This document shows, one piece after another, positions 1-12,700 of a stretch of 64,000 nucleotides of DNA (position 1 is its first letter; each line of letters starts with the position of its first letter). The position numbers and the translations under genes were made by a program. The notes beneath the pieces were generated by a model. It worked only from the letters and a program-made list of their open reading frames with translations. It made no database searches and had not been told where the DNA came from. The stretch is from Utricularia gibba. Its lineage: Eukaryota; Plantae; Magnoliophyta. The DNA lies in assembly GCA_002189035.1 (NCBI GenBank), contig CM007990.1:3100001-3164000 (forward strand), read 5' to 3'.

Positions 1-23
1 CAGACATCTTTTTTGCTGAGCCT

Positions 24-258
24 GGCCCAATACGCACAGCGATTTTCATCCCTACGTTGCAGACATCCCTTCAGTTCTCCCGCCGTTACACTTCTTCGGT
101 TCTCGTCTTCCAATCCCAAGGTAAGGAGCCTGCGTGCTCTTGGTTTTTCAGTTTCCTGAATTTTTCCACTCTCTTGATTGTTTAGTCGTAGGGCAGGATT
201 CGGATTTTATGGCGTTGATTCTCCATTAGAATTTTTATGTGTTTCTCGTAAACCCTAG
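24..258 (+). promoter_or_regulatory. Site II element, telo-box and probable 5'-UTR intron of the SURF6 gene
   Basis: GGCCCA (site II) at 24-29 and AAACCCTA (telo-box) at 250-257, a pairing typical of plant ribosome-biogenesis genes. AAG|GTAAGG donor at 121 and CCCTAG acceptor at 258 bound a T-rich 138-nt segment just before the ATG at 261. Confidence 0.55.
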
Positions 259-260
259 GA

Positions 261-1228
261 ATGAAGACTAAGAAGAAGCAGAAGGATTTTTGCAACATTA
301 CCGACGTCGGGGCGATGGAGGAGGGTCATGGTGACCTCGAATCGATGATCCGTTCCCATGGTGAATTTTTCAATCTTTTGATAGAACGTATACCTGCAAG
401 GTTCTATCTTCCCAATGAAGATGAAGACTCAAAACCGTGGTACCAGGGGCTCAAAAAGGCTGCTAAGGCGAGACTAAAGCAGCAATTTAAGAAAAATAGG
501 AAGCTTGCTCGTCGCCAGCGGTTTGACCCAGATAAGGAGCAAGTCTCCACGGTGAGCCTTCTGGAGCAGCAGACGGAAGACAAGGGGACAGTAGGAAATT
601 CTGAAACATCGGTTACGTATGAAGAACTGCATGAAAAACTGAGGAGGAGAATTGAACTCTTAAAGGGGAACCGTGGAGAGAATAAATATGATGGAAAGAA
701 GGCCAAGAATGATTTTCGAAAGCGTAAGGGGTTCCGGAGAGTGGTGATGGTGAGAATGCTGGCGCAGGAATGCAAGTAGATGATGAGAATATTGAATATG
801 GTAAGCTTCGTTTGGGGGATGAGAATGAGGCGGCCAGGAAGAAGAAAAAGAGGAACCTCACTAAGGAAAAGGAATTGCAGAAAGTCAAGATGTTAGCAGA
901 GGCGAAGAAGGAAAATCCGTATGTCGCAAACCGTGAGTCTTGGCAAGCAGCCGCAAACAGGGCGGTGGGAATCAAGGTTCATGATGACGCACGGCTCATT
1001 AAGGATAGCATGAGACGGCAGAAGAGGAGGAAGGAAAAAAGTGCAGAAATGTGGAAGGGGAGGGTGGAAACGCAGGAGAAGAAGCAGAAGGAAAGACAGG
1101 ACAGAAGGAAGCAGAATATTGCAGCAAGGATCAATGACAAGAAGATGAGGAAAATTGCCAAACGGGAGAAGAAACTTTTGAGGCCAGGTTTTGAGGGCAG
1201 AAAGGAGGGATACATCACAAACGAGTAA
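261..1228 (+). CDS. SURF6: Surfeit locus protein 6 / RRP14-like nucleolar ribosome-biogenesis protein, one frameshift at ~728-731
   Basis: ORF 261-779 has an RRP14 N-terminal motif (HGEFFNLLIERIPARFYL). ORF 770-1228 has the SURF6 C-terminal motifs (SWQAAANRAVGIKVHDDARLIKDSMRR...WKGR...RPGFEGRKEG). One extra G in GGGG (728-731) joins them as KRKGVPESGDGENAGAGMQVDD. Confidence 0.88.
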
Positions 1229-2403
1229 TAGTTCAGCCTTTTAGATTGCTCTTGCATCGTTCTACTTTCTTGTTTTTGTTGTTATACTCAGCTTGTGCTA
1301 TTACCGAATGTTATTATGATGATGAAGGCAATAGTTTGCTCTGTTCTTTCTTCTGGTGTTGATTGGGAACTAGAATTCGTGTACGTTGTGGTTAAGACGT
1401 TTGAAAACTCAGTTGCCTTGGTTTCCTTTGGATGAGATAAGGGAATGGTTCTTGGGATATGTTGAGCAGAATCATATCTATGGTCCATTGATCTCAAGGC
1501 GACCTCCTTTTTTCTCCATTATGTTGCACCCCTAATCCTCCAGGTTCATGGGTTAAGGTATAAAAGAATGCTTCTGCCGCCAGGGCCTCCTGTTCTACGG
1601 GAAACGTGGTGCATGTTGTTTGTACAGCATCCCACATCCATTTCTAAAAAGTAATGGTCCCGTCATGTCTACCAGTCCCGATGCTTTCGTTTCGCCCCAT
1701 TCTTTAGCAAAACCGGTGTGGAAACACGCAAGATGTTGCCTTTTGCAACCACTCAAACTCTGTTACAATGGCTGGGATCTGGTAATGATGGAAGGGAACT
1801 CAGAGCCATCTGTCTGTCTGTCGTCATCTACTGTGGTTAATCACGAACAGCAAGGGCTTGAAATGATCAAAGAGGTTTCTTTGGTAGCTGCTAATCTGGG
1901 CTTGAAATAAACATACTTCACTATCTTATTTATTAAATCTATCACCACCACCACTTAACACCATTTTTTTTATCCAATTTTGTGCGCATCAATATTTCAA
2001 ACTATGAAAATAAATTTGGTTCAACATCAACATTCAACAAGGGAAAGATACACAAAAAAATATCTACATGTTTGTTCCATTTCAGAAATTCAAATGGAAA
2101 CTTTTTTAGGTTATTTCCATCTTTTTTATTTAATTTTTCCTACATTTTTTTACATGCTTTATACTAATAAGAAAATATATTTTGTAACTTTTCATGATAA
2201 TTTTGAATTAAATTAGAGGTAAATTGTGACTCAAACTGGATGACCATGTTTGAAATTGAAATGAACCCCAAGAGAAGGTTTAAAAATAAAGATTTTATCT
2301 AAGATTTGAGTTTTAGATAAAGATTTGAAAATTATATTGAAAAATTTAGATAGAGAGCTTGATTGTAACAGTTCATATAGTCTCCATTATATAACTAAAT
2401 AAC

Positions 2404-2822
2404 ATGATTGATCCCCAATATTTGATCAAAATAGCATACTTAGTCCCCATTAGCATAATTGATCACTAATGTTTTACCTACGGGACATTTGTAACGCAAG
2501 ATTTAAAATATTTAGTAAAAATAATCCTCAACATTTTCTAATTTTGGTATAATTGGTATTCACTATTTGAATACCTGATATAATTAGTCACCATTATTTA
2601 AAATTGGCACTACTTTAATTTAGCTCCCAAATTAAATTGGTAACATACATCTCCTAAACCCTAATTAAACGCTAATTATGGGGATTGTAAAATGGAAAAA
2701 TTGATCCCCATAATGAAACGCTAATTTTTCTACATCATGTGGGTGACAAGTCATCAGGCGCCACCACCGTCACTGAGACTCATGGCTGCAAGTTTGAGCG
2801 TGCGCATCAAGTGATGGGCTCT
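2404..2822 (+). repeat. Dispersed repeat, copy 1 (copy 2 at 4971-5352)
   Basis: Co-linear similarity, e.g. cccaatatttgatcaaaatagcatac...ttagcataattgatcactaatgtttta...catcaagtgatggg in both copies; probably non-autonomous TE derived. Confidence 0.8.
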
Positions 2823-4970
2823 CTGCCATGTGCACTCGCTTATGCCTCGATGGGCAAAGGGCGAGTAGCCACCGTCCCCCGATGTAAGGCTCTGGCGGGC
2901 GAAGGGCAAGCAGCCGCTCGTCGCCCGATGCGAGACTCAGGTGGTGAAGGGCTCGGATGAAAAGTAAATACCAATGGTTTCGTTTTTCTTTATGTCATAG
3001 TGCTAACACTGAAAAGTATTTGTGATATGGTAGTAATACATATAACATTTATCGACCCTAAATATCTAGATATTCCTATAAAACATCTAATTTCTAAAGA
3101 ATTGTCCAATTTACTTTTGATTTAAAGAGATAAATTATTGATAACACCTGCCAAATGTCACATTTTAATTGTGACGTCAAATTTATTTTTTAAAAAAAGA
3201 AATACATTAACTACAACACTTATGAAACGATTTAATAGTATATCACACTTATTTTTATTTTTTTAATTGATTTTTCTTAAATAAATAAATTTATATATAT
3301 GTAATACCTATAATATCTTTTTTAATAGTAAAATGATAGTAATAACCCTTTCAAAAAATTATATTTGTAGAATAGTCCTATTTGTCAAAAATTTTCAAAT
3401 AACCCTGTTTTGTTTTAATAAATTATTTTTCTTGACATGTTTTCTATATATAATGAAATATTTTTATATGTTTTACAATGAATTATATAAAAATATTTTT
3501 ATAAATAATAAAGAAATATATTTACTTGAAATTATAATATAATGTAAATGATTATATTGATAATTGAATATGTGTAAATAATTGTTTGAATTTGATAAAT
3601 GTTATAAATCATGATAACTGATTTAAATTATAAAAACGTGTGACATATTATAATAACTGTATTTAACACAATATATTAAAAAGAATTAGATTCATTCATT
3701 TTAAAAGAAAATTAAATTCCGAAAAAAACTAAATAAGAAATTATCATTAAATCAGTTTGTATAAATAATAATTAGTATGATTTTTTGTTATTTTAAATTT
3801 TTATTTTTAAAAAAATATTTTTGGTTATTAAAAATGTAATGCATTAACGATATATTAGAGGATTTTATAAGATGGTTTAAAAAATGATATAACACAATTT
3901 TATAGTAAGATCACCTATAAAATAATTAATTTGGTAAGAGTCACACGTCCATGTGTTATGCATAAATTACGCTCATGTGTGTGTCACATGGGCATGGATT
4001 ATACATAACCCTTGCTCGTGTACTTTTTTGATATCATACATGCATGATTTATATTCTTACAATAAATTTCTTTAATTATGTATATGGTACAATAGAAATT
4101 ACTATGAAAATAATAACTTTTATTTACAAAAATGTCGGAATCTACCAAACATTTTTTTCTAAATTAGAAATTGTATGGTGTGGAGATTGTGGGTTATACG
4201 TCATTGCTGCCATTTTTAGTTGCAAACTATCATGTAAATCAAATATTGAATGTCTACCTTGAACTGTCGAAATGTTGACACCATGCATTTACTTCTAGTA
4301 TGAGGCAAATTGTCTATATGTTGGAGTGTTTTCATCATTATCTTGTGGTATCAGTAGGGTATCATATCTTCGGGATGATAAAAATTGTTCTTGGCTTTGT
4401 GACATGCTCTTTATCAATAGTGAATGACTATTGTCTACGTAACTCTTGTGTTCTAGTTGAATGGCATCCTTCATGATTCTAATAATTCATTGCACTTTGG
4501 TGACGTGTTTCCTTCAGACAGCCACATTTAATCTCTTTTTATTCAAGATTAACATAAAGCCTAAATGTACCTAGAGCCTATTTAGATTTATCTCGACAAG
4601 GATGACCCCCTTCTCCATCATAAGTTTGTTCCATAACACGAGTTCTATAAAATAGATTTGTCCTTGTTTGCGGATTGATGCTGAACTCGTGGCACGCCTA
4701 AAAAGTTAATACAACATTAGATATGTATACTAGAATTTATATGTATTAATCTAAAATTTACTCTTTGTACATGGAGATATAGAATCATTTCTGTCAACCA
4801 AAAACCACAATCGTATGTTATATCTTATAGATTCACTTTATAAGCTTGAGAATAGTATATTCCAACTTCAATCAGTTCGCATTCTATTTTTATATTGTTG
4901 TATCGGTTACACAAAAGATTTTAACCTCTTTTCTTATGAGCTATGTAGATCTCCTCAATTTTATCAATAA

Positions 4971-5352
4971 ATGATCGATTCCCAATATTTGATCAAAATA
5001 GCATACAATCCCCTTTAGCATAATTGATCACTAATGTTTTACTTACGGGACATTTTTAGCACAAGATTTAAAATAATCATCAACATTTTCTAATTTTGGT
5101 ATGATTGGTATTCTCTATTAAATTGGCAACATACGTCTCCTAAATCCTTATTAAACACTAATTATGGGGATTCTAAAATGGAAAAATTGATCCCCATAAT
5201 CAAACACTAATTTTTTTCTACATCATATGGTTAAATTGTTATCATTGTGGGCAACAAGTCATCAGGCACCACCATCCATTGCCGACCACCGTCATTGACA
5301 CTCATGGCCTACTATCACGCAAGTTTGAGCGTGCACATCAAGTGATGGGTTC
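4971..5352 (+). repeat. Dispersed repeat, copy 2 of 2404-2822
   Basis: Same motifs in the same order, with small internal deletions relative to copy 1. Confidence 0.8.
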
Positions 5353-5949
5353 TTAGTCATACGGTTTATGATTTGAATTAAAAGTACAAATTCATAAAAC
5401 AATGGGGATTAGTTTTGGTAGGTTTTTAAATAATGCAAATTTATTTTTCATAGTTTCAAATAGTATGGATGAGTAGTAATAATTTGGAGACCAATTATGC
5501 CATTTTGGTAAACACTAGTGTCTTAGTGACTTGTGATGTAATTTTCCATTAGATGTAAGATGAATATAAAATTTGATATAAATCTATTAGAAATTTTATA
5601 GAAAGTACAAATCTTTTTCTTTGTAAAAGTACTAAAACATCCAATTTTTACAAAGTTTATGTCTTAGGATTTAGATCTCATTTTAAAGTTTGTCTTGCTT
5701 TTAGTTTTTTTTTGTATTTTTTCATATTATGGGTAAGCACTTGAAACTAAAGATCTTAAATGAAATTATGCTTGCTCAAGTTGCTAGATGTATGATTGTT
5801 TTACTATGTTTAATTAATTTTATTTTACATAATATATTTCTTATTGATGTACTCTTAATTACTATTAACCTAAATAAAGTGTAGGTAAAATTTACCTCAG
5901 GTAAAAAAAAAGTCTCAATTGAATATCGTTATCTAGACATATCTGATCT

Positions 5950-6525
5950 AAATTACTTGTGACAATATCAGTTGTAGGATATAGAATTAAATATAGAGAA
6001 AACATAGATTATCATAGCAAAATGAGTCTAATGGTATGATTGATTTTATAATCTTACTAAATGAAACATAATGTTATAAAAATTATTATATAACATTATT
6101 TCAGAAAAAACATCTCTAAAATTATGCAAATGAATTAATTCTTGAGATTTATGTGGACACAAGGACTAATTTGTATATCATTAGAGTTTTAATCCGAAGT
6201 CACTATTCAATATTTTTTAAAACTCATATTTTGGTTTTATTGTGTTTTATTTTGAGTTTGTTTTAAAAAATTCTAAAATGTTTGGAAACAATCTGTTTTA
6301 TTATTTAAATAATTTTTCCATATTTATAGAGTTAGCATGATAGAATAATTTTAATTTCAAGATTATGAAAATTAATAAAATATTTTATACAGTATGTGAT
6401 TATGATTTAGATTTTGTTAAGTATTTGTGGGTTGTTTTTTTTATTATTATATAATTTGTAACCTTCCATATGATTAAAAAGGACAATGAGTATTAGACAT
6501 AATATATAATATGCTTTATGTTAAT
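5950..6525 (+). repeat. Old AT-rich dispersed repeat (other copies at ~9020-9570 and, split by a solo LTR, ~51068-51105 + 52502-52540)
   Basis: Shared blocks tgtgacaatatcagttgtagg / tgtgataatatgagttgtagg, cttgagattta...cac and ttatataatttg...ccatat.attaaaaa. Confidence 0.55.
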
Positions 6526-7049
6526 TCCTGAATTTTACATCTATTTAGAAACGTGTACTTGAAGAGGATTTCAACTTATATAATCTACGTCAATAGTAGA
6601 TGTTTATTGATTACCTAATCTATTTTTTTTTATAGGAACATAGATATTGAGATTAGTGCCACAAATGTAGAATTCTAATGTCTGGATATCTTAACTAACA
6701 ATGTTTCTTGAAAAATATATTTCAGGATTCATTATGATCAAATTAAATGCATGTGTTATATGAAAAAGTCAAACCTATAATATGTAATGAGTATGGTTGA
6801 TATCTAGACAATGATGCAATGATGCAATGAATAGAAAATGATGCAATGAATAAATATGAAAAATATATTTCTGGATATCTAATATTTGCGGTATCTAGAA
6901 TGTGCAATGAATAGATAATGATGCAACCTTTAAACTGTATTTAGTAGTTGGTATAATTAGTTATATACTAAGTATTAGAATACAAAATTTGTGTTTTATA
7001 GTTAGTATAAATTTTTCCCGATATATTATATATATATATATATTACTAT

Positions 7050-8988
7050 AAGTATATATTTCTCTCGTGCAACATCCCTCTTTAAATTTATCATGATATT
7101 GTGGATAAATTTATACCAAGAGAATATATACTTATATAATTTTAGCTGACTACCAAGCATAGCCTTAGGGTACAAGGAATTAGCATCATATACTAGATTT
7201 TTTATTGACTTGAATGATAAGTAATCAATCATAAGTGTGTTATTACTAACATATCGACCTTAGAATCCTACATCTAGAGATCATGTGTGTTCCTACTCTT
7301 TTAATATCACATTTTTTACTTGATTTTCATGATCACGTGCATGTGTTTCAATGATCCCCATGGAATCTCATATGAAAGCAAGCCTATTCGCCTTCATGAA
7401 GCCAAAGACCCCAATTCATTATTTAATCAAGTTGCATGCTGTAGTAGAGTTTTAATGTTAGTCATTTGTAGCCAAAAATACATGGTTCAGTAGACATCAT
7501 GTGGTGAATTTTATGCATAAAATTTTATAAAACATTCTATAATCTGCTGAATATAGAGTCATAAGAAAACTACAAAAAAAAAAGAACAAAGAACAAAGTA
7601 TTGTATATGAGTCACATAGCATATGAACAATAATCATGTTATCTTTATCTTACCATATCTATTATATATGCCTACATTTGACTTCTGTTACGACCTTTCG
7701 ATTCAACCTTGAAATACAATGTCAATCAGTACACCATTAGTATCTAACACAAACAACTTCGTTTGATGTTCCACAATAGATGTTGAGGACCACTGTAATC
7801 CCATCTACTCTTGTACTATTTAAATTTAACAATGCTTTATTTTATTTAATGAGATTACTAACATTAATCTTATGATTCTCTTGATGGATTTGAGTGTTGT
7901 TAGATGACTCTTTTATGACATCATCATTATCTATTTATATATGCATTTGTTGGGTAAGTGTATAGATCAATAGGTTGTATTTTTACAATATTAAAAATAT
8001 TAATGAGCCTTTATGAATTTATTTCATCAAAAGCTTCTCAACTCAAATATTTATTTTATTTTACATAATTATAATACTCAAACTTATCCAATTTATTACC
8101 TAACAGTCATATTTTAAAAATCCTAATCATTCTCTTTTCCTCTTTGATTTTCATTGTTCCTCTTACAGTGCTTCAAATGATTTCGATCAATTCAAAGTTT
8201 CTACAAAATCGGGTTTTGTTTTGATGATCTGCATTTAGTGTTTATCCATTATTTTAGTTCTATAATATCTCTAAATTTTCATCGTTAGTATTCTTTTATT
8301 CAGTCTTGTACCGTAAGAATATTATGATGAAGATGTCACTTGTCATGTGACTCGTTGTTCTATTACAAGTTACTACATTTATTTTGGAGGACAATCCATC
8401 TGTTGGCAAGTCAAGAAACATAAAATTATATCTAGGTCATTTAATGAGGCTGAATATTGAAGTATGGCTGCAACAACTATTGAATTCAAGTCGCTCATTT
8501 CTTTATTGCAAGATATGAAGACATTCCTCATCCCATATCTTTGTTTTTTAGACAATAAGATAGTTATCCATAACTAAGAATTTTATGTTTCATTAGGAAC
8601 CAAACATTTAGATATTGATTGTCATGTTATTTGTAAGGCATTTGTAACCATTTTGGTTATACCAAAATATGTCCTTTCGAAGAGTTAAATTACCAATATC
8701 TTCATCAAGACTTTGCCAACACATCATTTTAGGAGTTTGTTGTTACAATTGTGACTTACGAGTACATATCTTTAAGATGTTGCATCTTGAGGAAAGAGTG
8801 TTGAAATAACTTTCTTTTTTTTCATCTTCCTCTTATGGTGGTTCCATAGGTTGTATATGATTGTTTCATTAGCACCATAGCTCGTACACAACCGTTTCTT
8901 TTACATTGTTTCTTGTATAAATATCCCTGCATCGATTGAATGCACTTACTAATTTTCTCCAAGTCTCTTCTCTACTTCTTCACAATCA
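7050..8988 (+). mobile_element. Highly degenerate Ty1/copia remnant (RNase H region, PPT, short 3' LTR)
   Basis: 8320-8750 reads as TRCSITSY..YFGGQSICWQVKKHKIISRSFNEAEY*...TKHLDIDCHV...NIFIKTL, the copia RNase H signature. A purine tract (gaggaaagag) is followed by tgttgaaata at 8799. The upstream boundary is approximate. Confidence 0.65.
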
Positions 8989-9019
8989 GATATTGTTGTC
9001 GAAAAACATTTGATCTAAT

Positions 9020-9570
9020 TTGTTTGTGATAATATGAGTTGTAGGGGATATAGTTAAATACGGAAAAAAAACATAAATTATCAAGGGAGTCAAAATGTAC
9101 ATAGTGATGTACTTGATTTTATAATTTCATTGAATAAATAATGATATAATAACAACTATTAAATAGTAATACTTCCACAATGAATCATATCTTGAGATTT
9201 ACTCACACACAACTACAAGTTTTAATATTAGTAGAGCTTTGATTTGAACCCATTTTTTTAGATTTTTAAAACTCCTCTTTTTTTTAAATTTAAAATATTA
9301 ATTTTTTGTAAAGAGAATCTTTTTATTGTTTGACTTTTGTATATATGTAGAATTATCATGAGAGAATGATTTTAACTTTAAGCTTATAAGAATTAATTTT
9401 AGAATTCTGTGAAGTATTTTTTAGATCTAGTTTTTTTTTGTTTTCATTTAGTGCTGCTCTAAATTACTTACCCATGTTAGATATTTTTGATTATATAATT
9501 TGCTAACTCTCCATATAATTAAAAATCAACATAAGTATCAACCGCAGCATGTAATGTGCTTTTATGTTGG
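9020..9570 (+). repeat. Second copy of the AT-rich repeat at 5950-6525
   Basis: Co-linear diverged similarity seen by eye. Confidence 0.5.
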
Positions 9571-9783
9571 TAATAAAGAGAATACCTTGAACTTGAATCT
9601 GGTGGGTTGGAGAGATCAAATTTTGCTTTCGGGTAATTAGCGCTGCTTTGGTTGGTACAAAATGTCAAGAATCAATTTTCCTTTTTCTGTTTTGTAAAGC
9701 CATTTCCTACCACTGCTTCTCAATACTTGTTACAAGCGGTCGTATGGTTGCTGGTGGAGAGGATCTCCATGTGACTGGCCAAC

Positions 9784-12700
9784 TCACACAACATTGTCTG
9801 AGCTGCTGCACGTTTGGTAAGGAATCACATTCGCCCCAAAATCGCCATCCAAACTCATCTGTTGGACTTCCTGAGGGGACAGGATCTTGATGCAACGAAC
9901 GCAGTTCACAAATTCCCTGAACAAAACAACACAAGGAATCTACATTCAAAAGATGAGAGGCGAATTTTCGAGGTTGTATGGAAGTAATCCAGCTTAAGAT
10001 CCGACATGAGAGTCGAATCCAAAACTGAGCTGCTCCCAAACCTGCCTTGGGTAAATGAGAAAAGGACAAGTAGCGAAGGAAAGGAACATACTCCCAAGGA
10101 TCATCTCCTACTAGCAGGACATCATTCTCATGGTCTACATAAACTAGTTTCCAGCCAATTCTCTGTCCATCCTCGAGTTGTCCCTCTATACCAAATCTAC
10201 GAGCCATGTCCTGCTTAAGCTCATCGTATCCAGAATAACTTGTGATATCTATTGATCGTCCTACGGCTCCGCGTTTGTATACCTAAGGAGAACATGCTAT
10301 CTATATTGGACCAGCAGAGATAGTCTCCATGAATCAAGCAAGTATTGAAAAGAAAAAGAAAAAAACCAAACCTTGGTGTAAGTTCGCATCCTAGGAACCG
10401 GTGGTTGTGGCCAGGACCCTCTACTCATGAGGCTATTGTCATTCATTGTCGAATCCATGGAATTGAATGCCACATCTTGAACCCCAAATGACTGATGGGA
10501 GACCATTGATGATGAAAAAGCAGGCCGAGATTCCTTCAGGTTATCGTAGGTAGGCACCAAGCCTCCTCCTGGTGAGGGGTTAGTGGATAGGTCTTTAGCA
10601 GATCCTACAATGTTTCGGGTCATCGAAGGATCAGACATCATGGAAGATGCCAACTGGTGCTCAACGTTGGATCCAAAGAGAAAACCGTTTCTTGGATCAC
10701 CATGGACTTCCATTTCATGGCCTTCATCTCTGAAAACTACAGGCTGAACATTAAAAGACATGGAGCTGTTATTCTGAGAGACGTGAGCATCATTCTGAGA
10801 AAGCACAGATGTTGCTGAAGACTGACTCTCCAAGTGATCTATTTGGCCACCTGGGGGATTCGGACACATCGGTGAAGCAAAAACCCCTTGTTTATGGCTT
10901 TTGGATATGCTCAACGAGGCCTTCACGTCAGATTTTAGATGAAACTCCTTCAGACGGTTGTTGTTGGAACACATTTGTTCTTGAGCACTTGAGTTTAACA
11001 GCAGCATAGAAGAGCCCGCATTCAGACAGTTTGTTGATGGCGAATATGAACAAGAGGGTACATCTTCAGTAACAGCAGAAGGTCCAGCCCCAGCAGCTCC
11101 AGTCAATATACTGCTGCTTCCCGCTGAATGCTGGTTATTTATAGGGTTAAAGCAACCTCCCACAAGTCCATGTGCTTCAGAAAACATTGCAGACTGCTGC
11201 TGTTGTGGCATCTTTTCCTGCATATGTAGCTGGCCAATCCTCAGGCCGCTTTGATTATTATTTTGGGGCATCTGCTCCATTCTAGTTGTACCTTGAGAAG
11301 CATCCATCATCGGGACTGTTGAATTAGGTTGGTAGAAGCTGGGAGGGATGCCCATAGTCTGCTTTGGGTGATCCACCATCTGTGCCAATGAAGACTGAGG
11401 CATCCTGGACTGCTGTGACACCAGTGAATTCTGTTTCTGTAGCAGCTTCTGCAAAAGCTGAAGTTGAATTTGGTTCTCTGGCACATGAAGCTGCTGGTTC
11501 AAGACATCGGGCTGGGATGGCAGCAAACTTTGACCAGAAACTTGCTGTTGCTGGTGAGATAAGTTTTGAGACACATTTATCTGAGGCTGCTGGTTTAAAA
11601 GAGATGGGTGTTGCTGTGGCAGAGCATTTGGAACTTGTAAAGGAGGCTGGGATTGCAAAATCTGTGCTGGCACTTGGCTCACAGGAATGCTTGCAGACGT
11701 ATTCTGACCGCCTAAATTTTGACGAGGATGCTGAGATGCATCATTCATCTGCTGCTCTTGGGACATAATCGAGCCCACGGGGTTCACTGACGAAGAGGGC
11801 AGCTTCTGGAGCTGGTCTTGTGCTTGCTGGTTCGGCCTCTCTGGAGTATGCGGGGCAACCTGCATTGAAGGCAAGCCCAATTGAGCAATATCGGTGCCTG
11901 CAAGATTCTGCAAAGCAGAGCCTGGGATATAGTTTGTTTGAATAGAGTTTGCCAGCGGGTAATTCTGCTGCATGTTCATCCACTGAGCTAGACGCATGCC
12001 AGGAAGAGGTTGGGGATCCTTGACCCCAAAATCATCTCCAAGCCACGGCATTGTCCTCCTAAAAAGAACGTCCAGATCTGAATAAGCATCATCTGCAAGA
12101 AGAAACAAAATAAGATATTCCAGGGTACTTGTGGCATTGTGTGTGATTTGACTCCGGTGAGCCCATGATTTTATTCATTTGTAGATTAAAGCACACCTTA
12201 CCAAGAACTGATCATGGGCCAAAAGCATCAAAATAGAGGCCAAGAAAATGACAGAAAAAGAAAGGAGCATTTGTCCATGTAGCATTAAATGATTAGCTGA
12301 CACTACGTTCCCGTGGTTAGCATGTTCAAAACGAGATGCCATGAAAGCTGAAGGCTTGATTATAGAAAAATAGGGGTTGAGCGTCGTATCAAGGATGTAC
12401 CTGGCATTCCTGGTTGCCGAGGGCGCTTTTGCCGGAAAAATGGTGGACTTGGACAAATGAAGAATGGTGCAGTTACTGGCTCAATCTCCCAAATGGAGAC
12501 ACGGTTGCGCTTTTCTCCTGCAGTTGACTCATCCCAGGCGACCTATTCGTTCAATACCATGAAGTTTGCATAATTTGTGTGCAGAAAAAGATAGAAGCAT
12601 GATGGCGAATCAGTGAAACTAAAAGAAGATGCATAAATCTGTAATGTGTGTCTGATGAGCACTGCTCTTACCTGCAAGTTGCGCCACTGGGAATTCTTCC

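Noticed and set aside
725-735. Programmed -1 ribosomal frameshift in SURF6
   Set aside because: GGGGTTC is not a canonical X XXY YYZ slippery heptamer, and a homopolymer indel is simpler.
404-1257. Antisense ORFs of 92-123 aa over SURF6
   Set aside because: Shadow ORFs of a purine-rich coding strand.
1288-1910. Short ORFs downstream of SURF6
   Set aside because: No recognisable domain or consistent exon structure; probably UTR or intergenic.
10809-11983. Alternative-frame and antisense ORFs inside ARF exon 12
   Set aside because: Shadows of a long GC-richer coding exon, with no independent gene signals.
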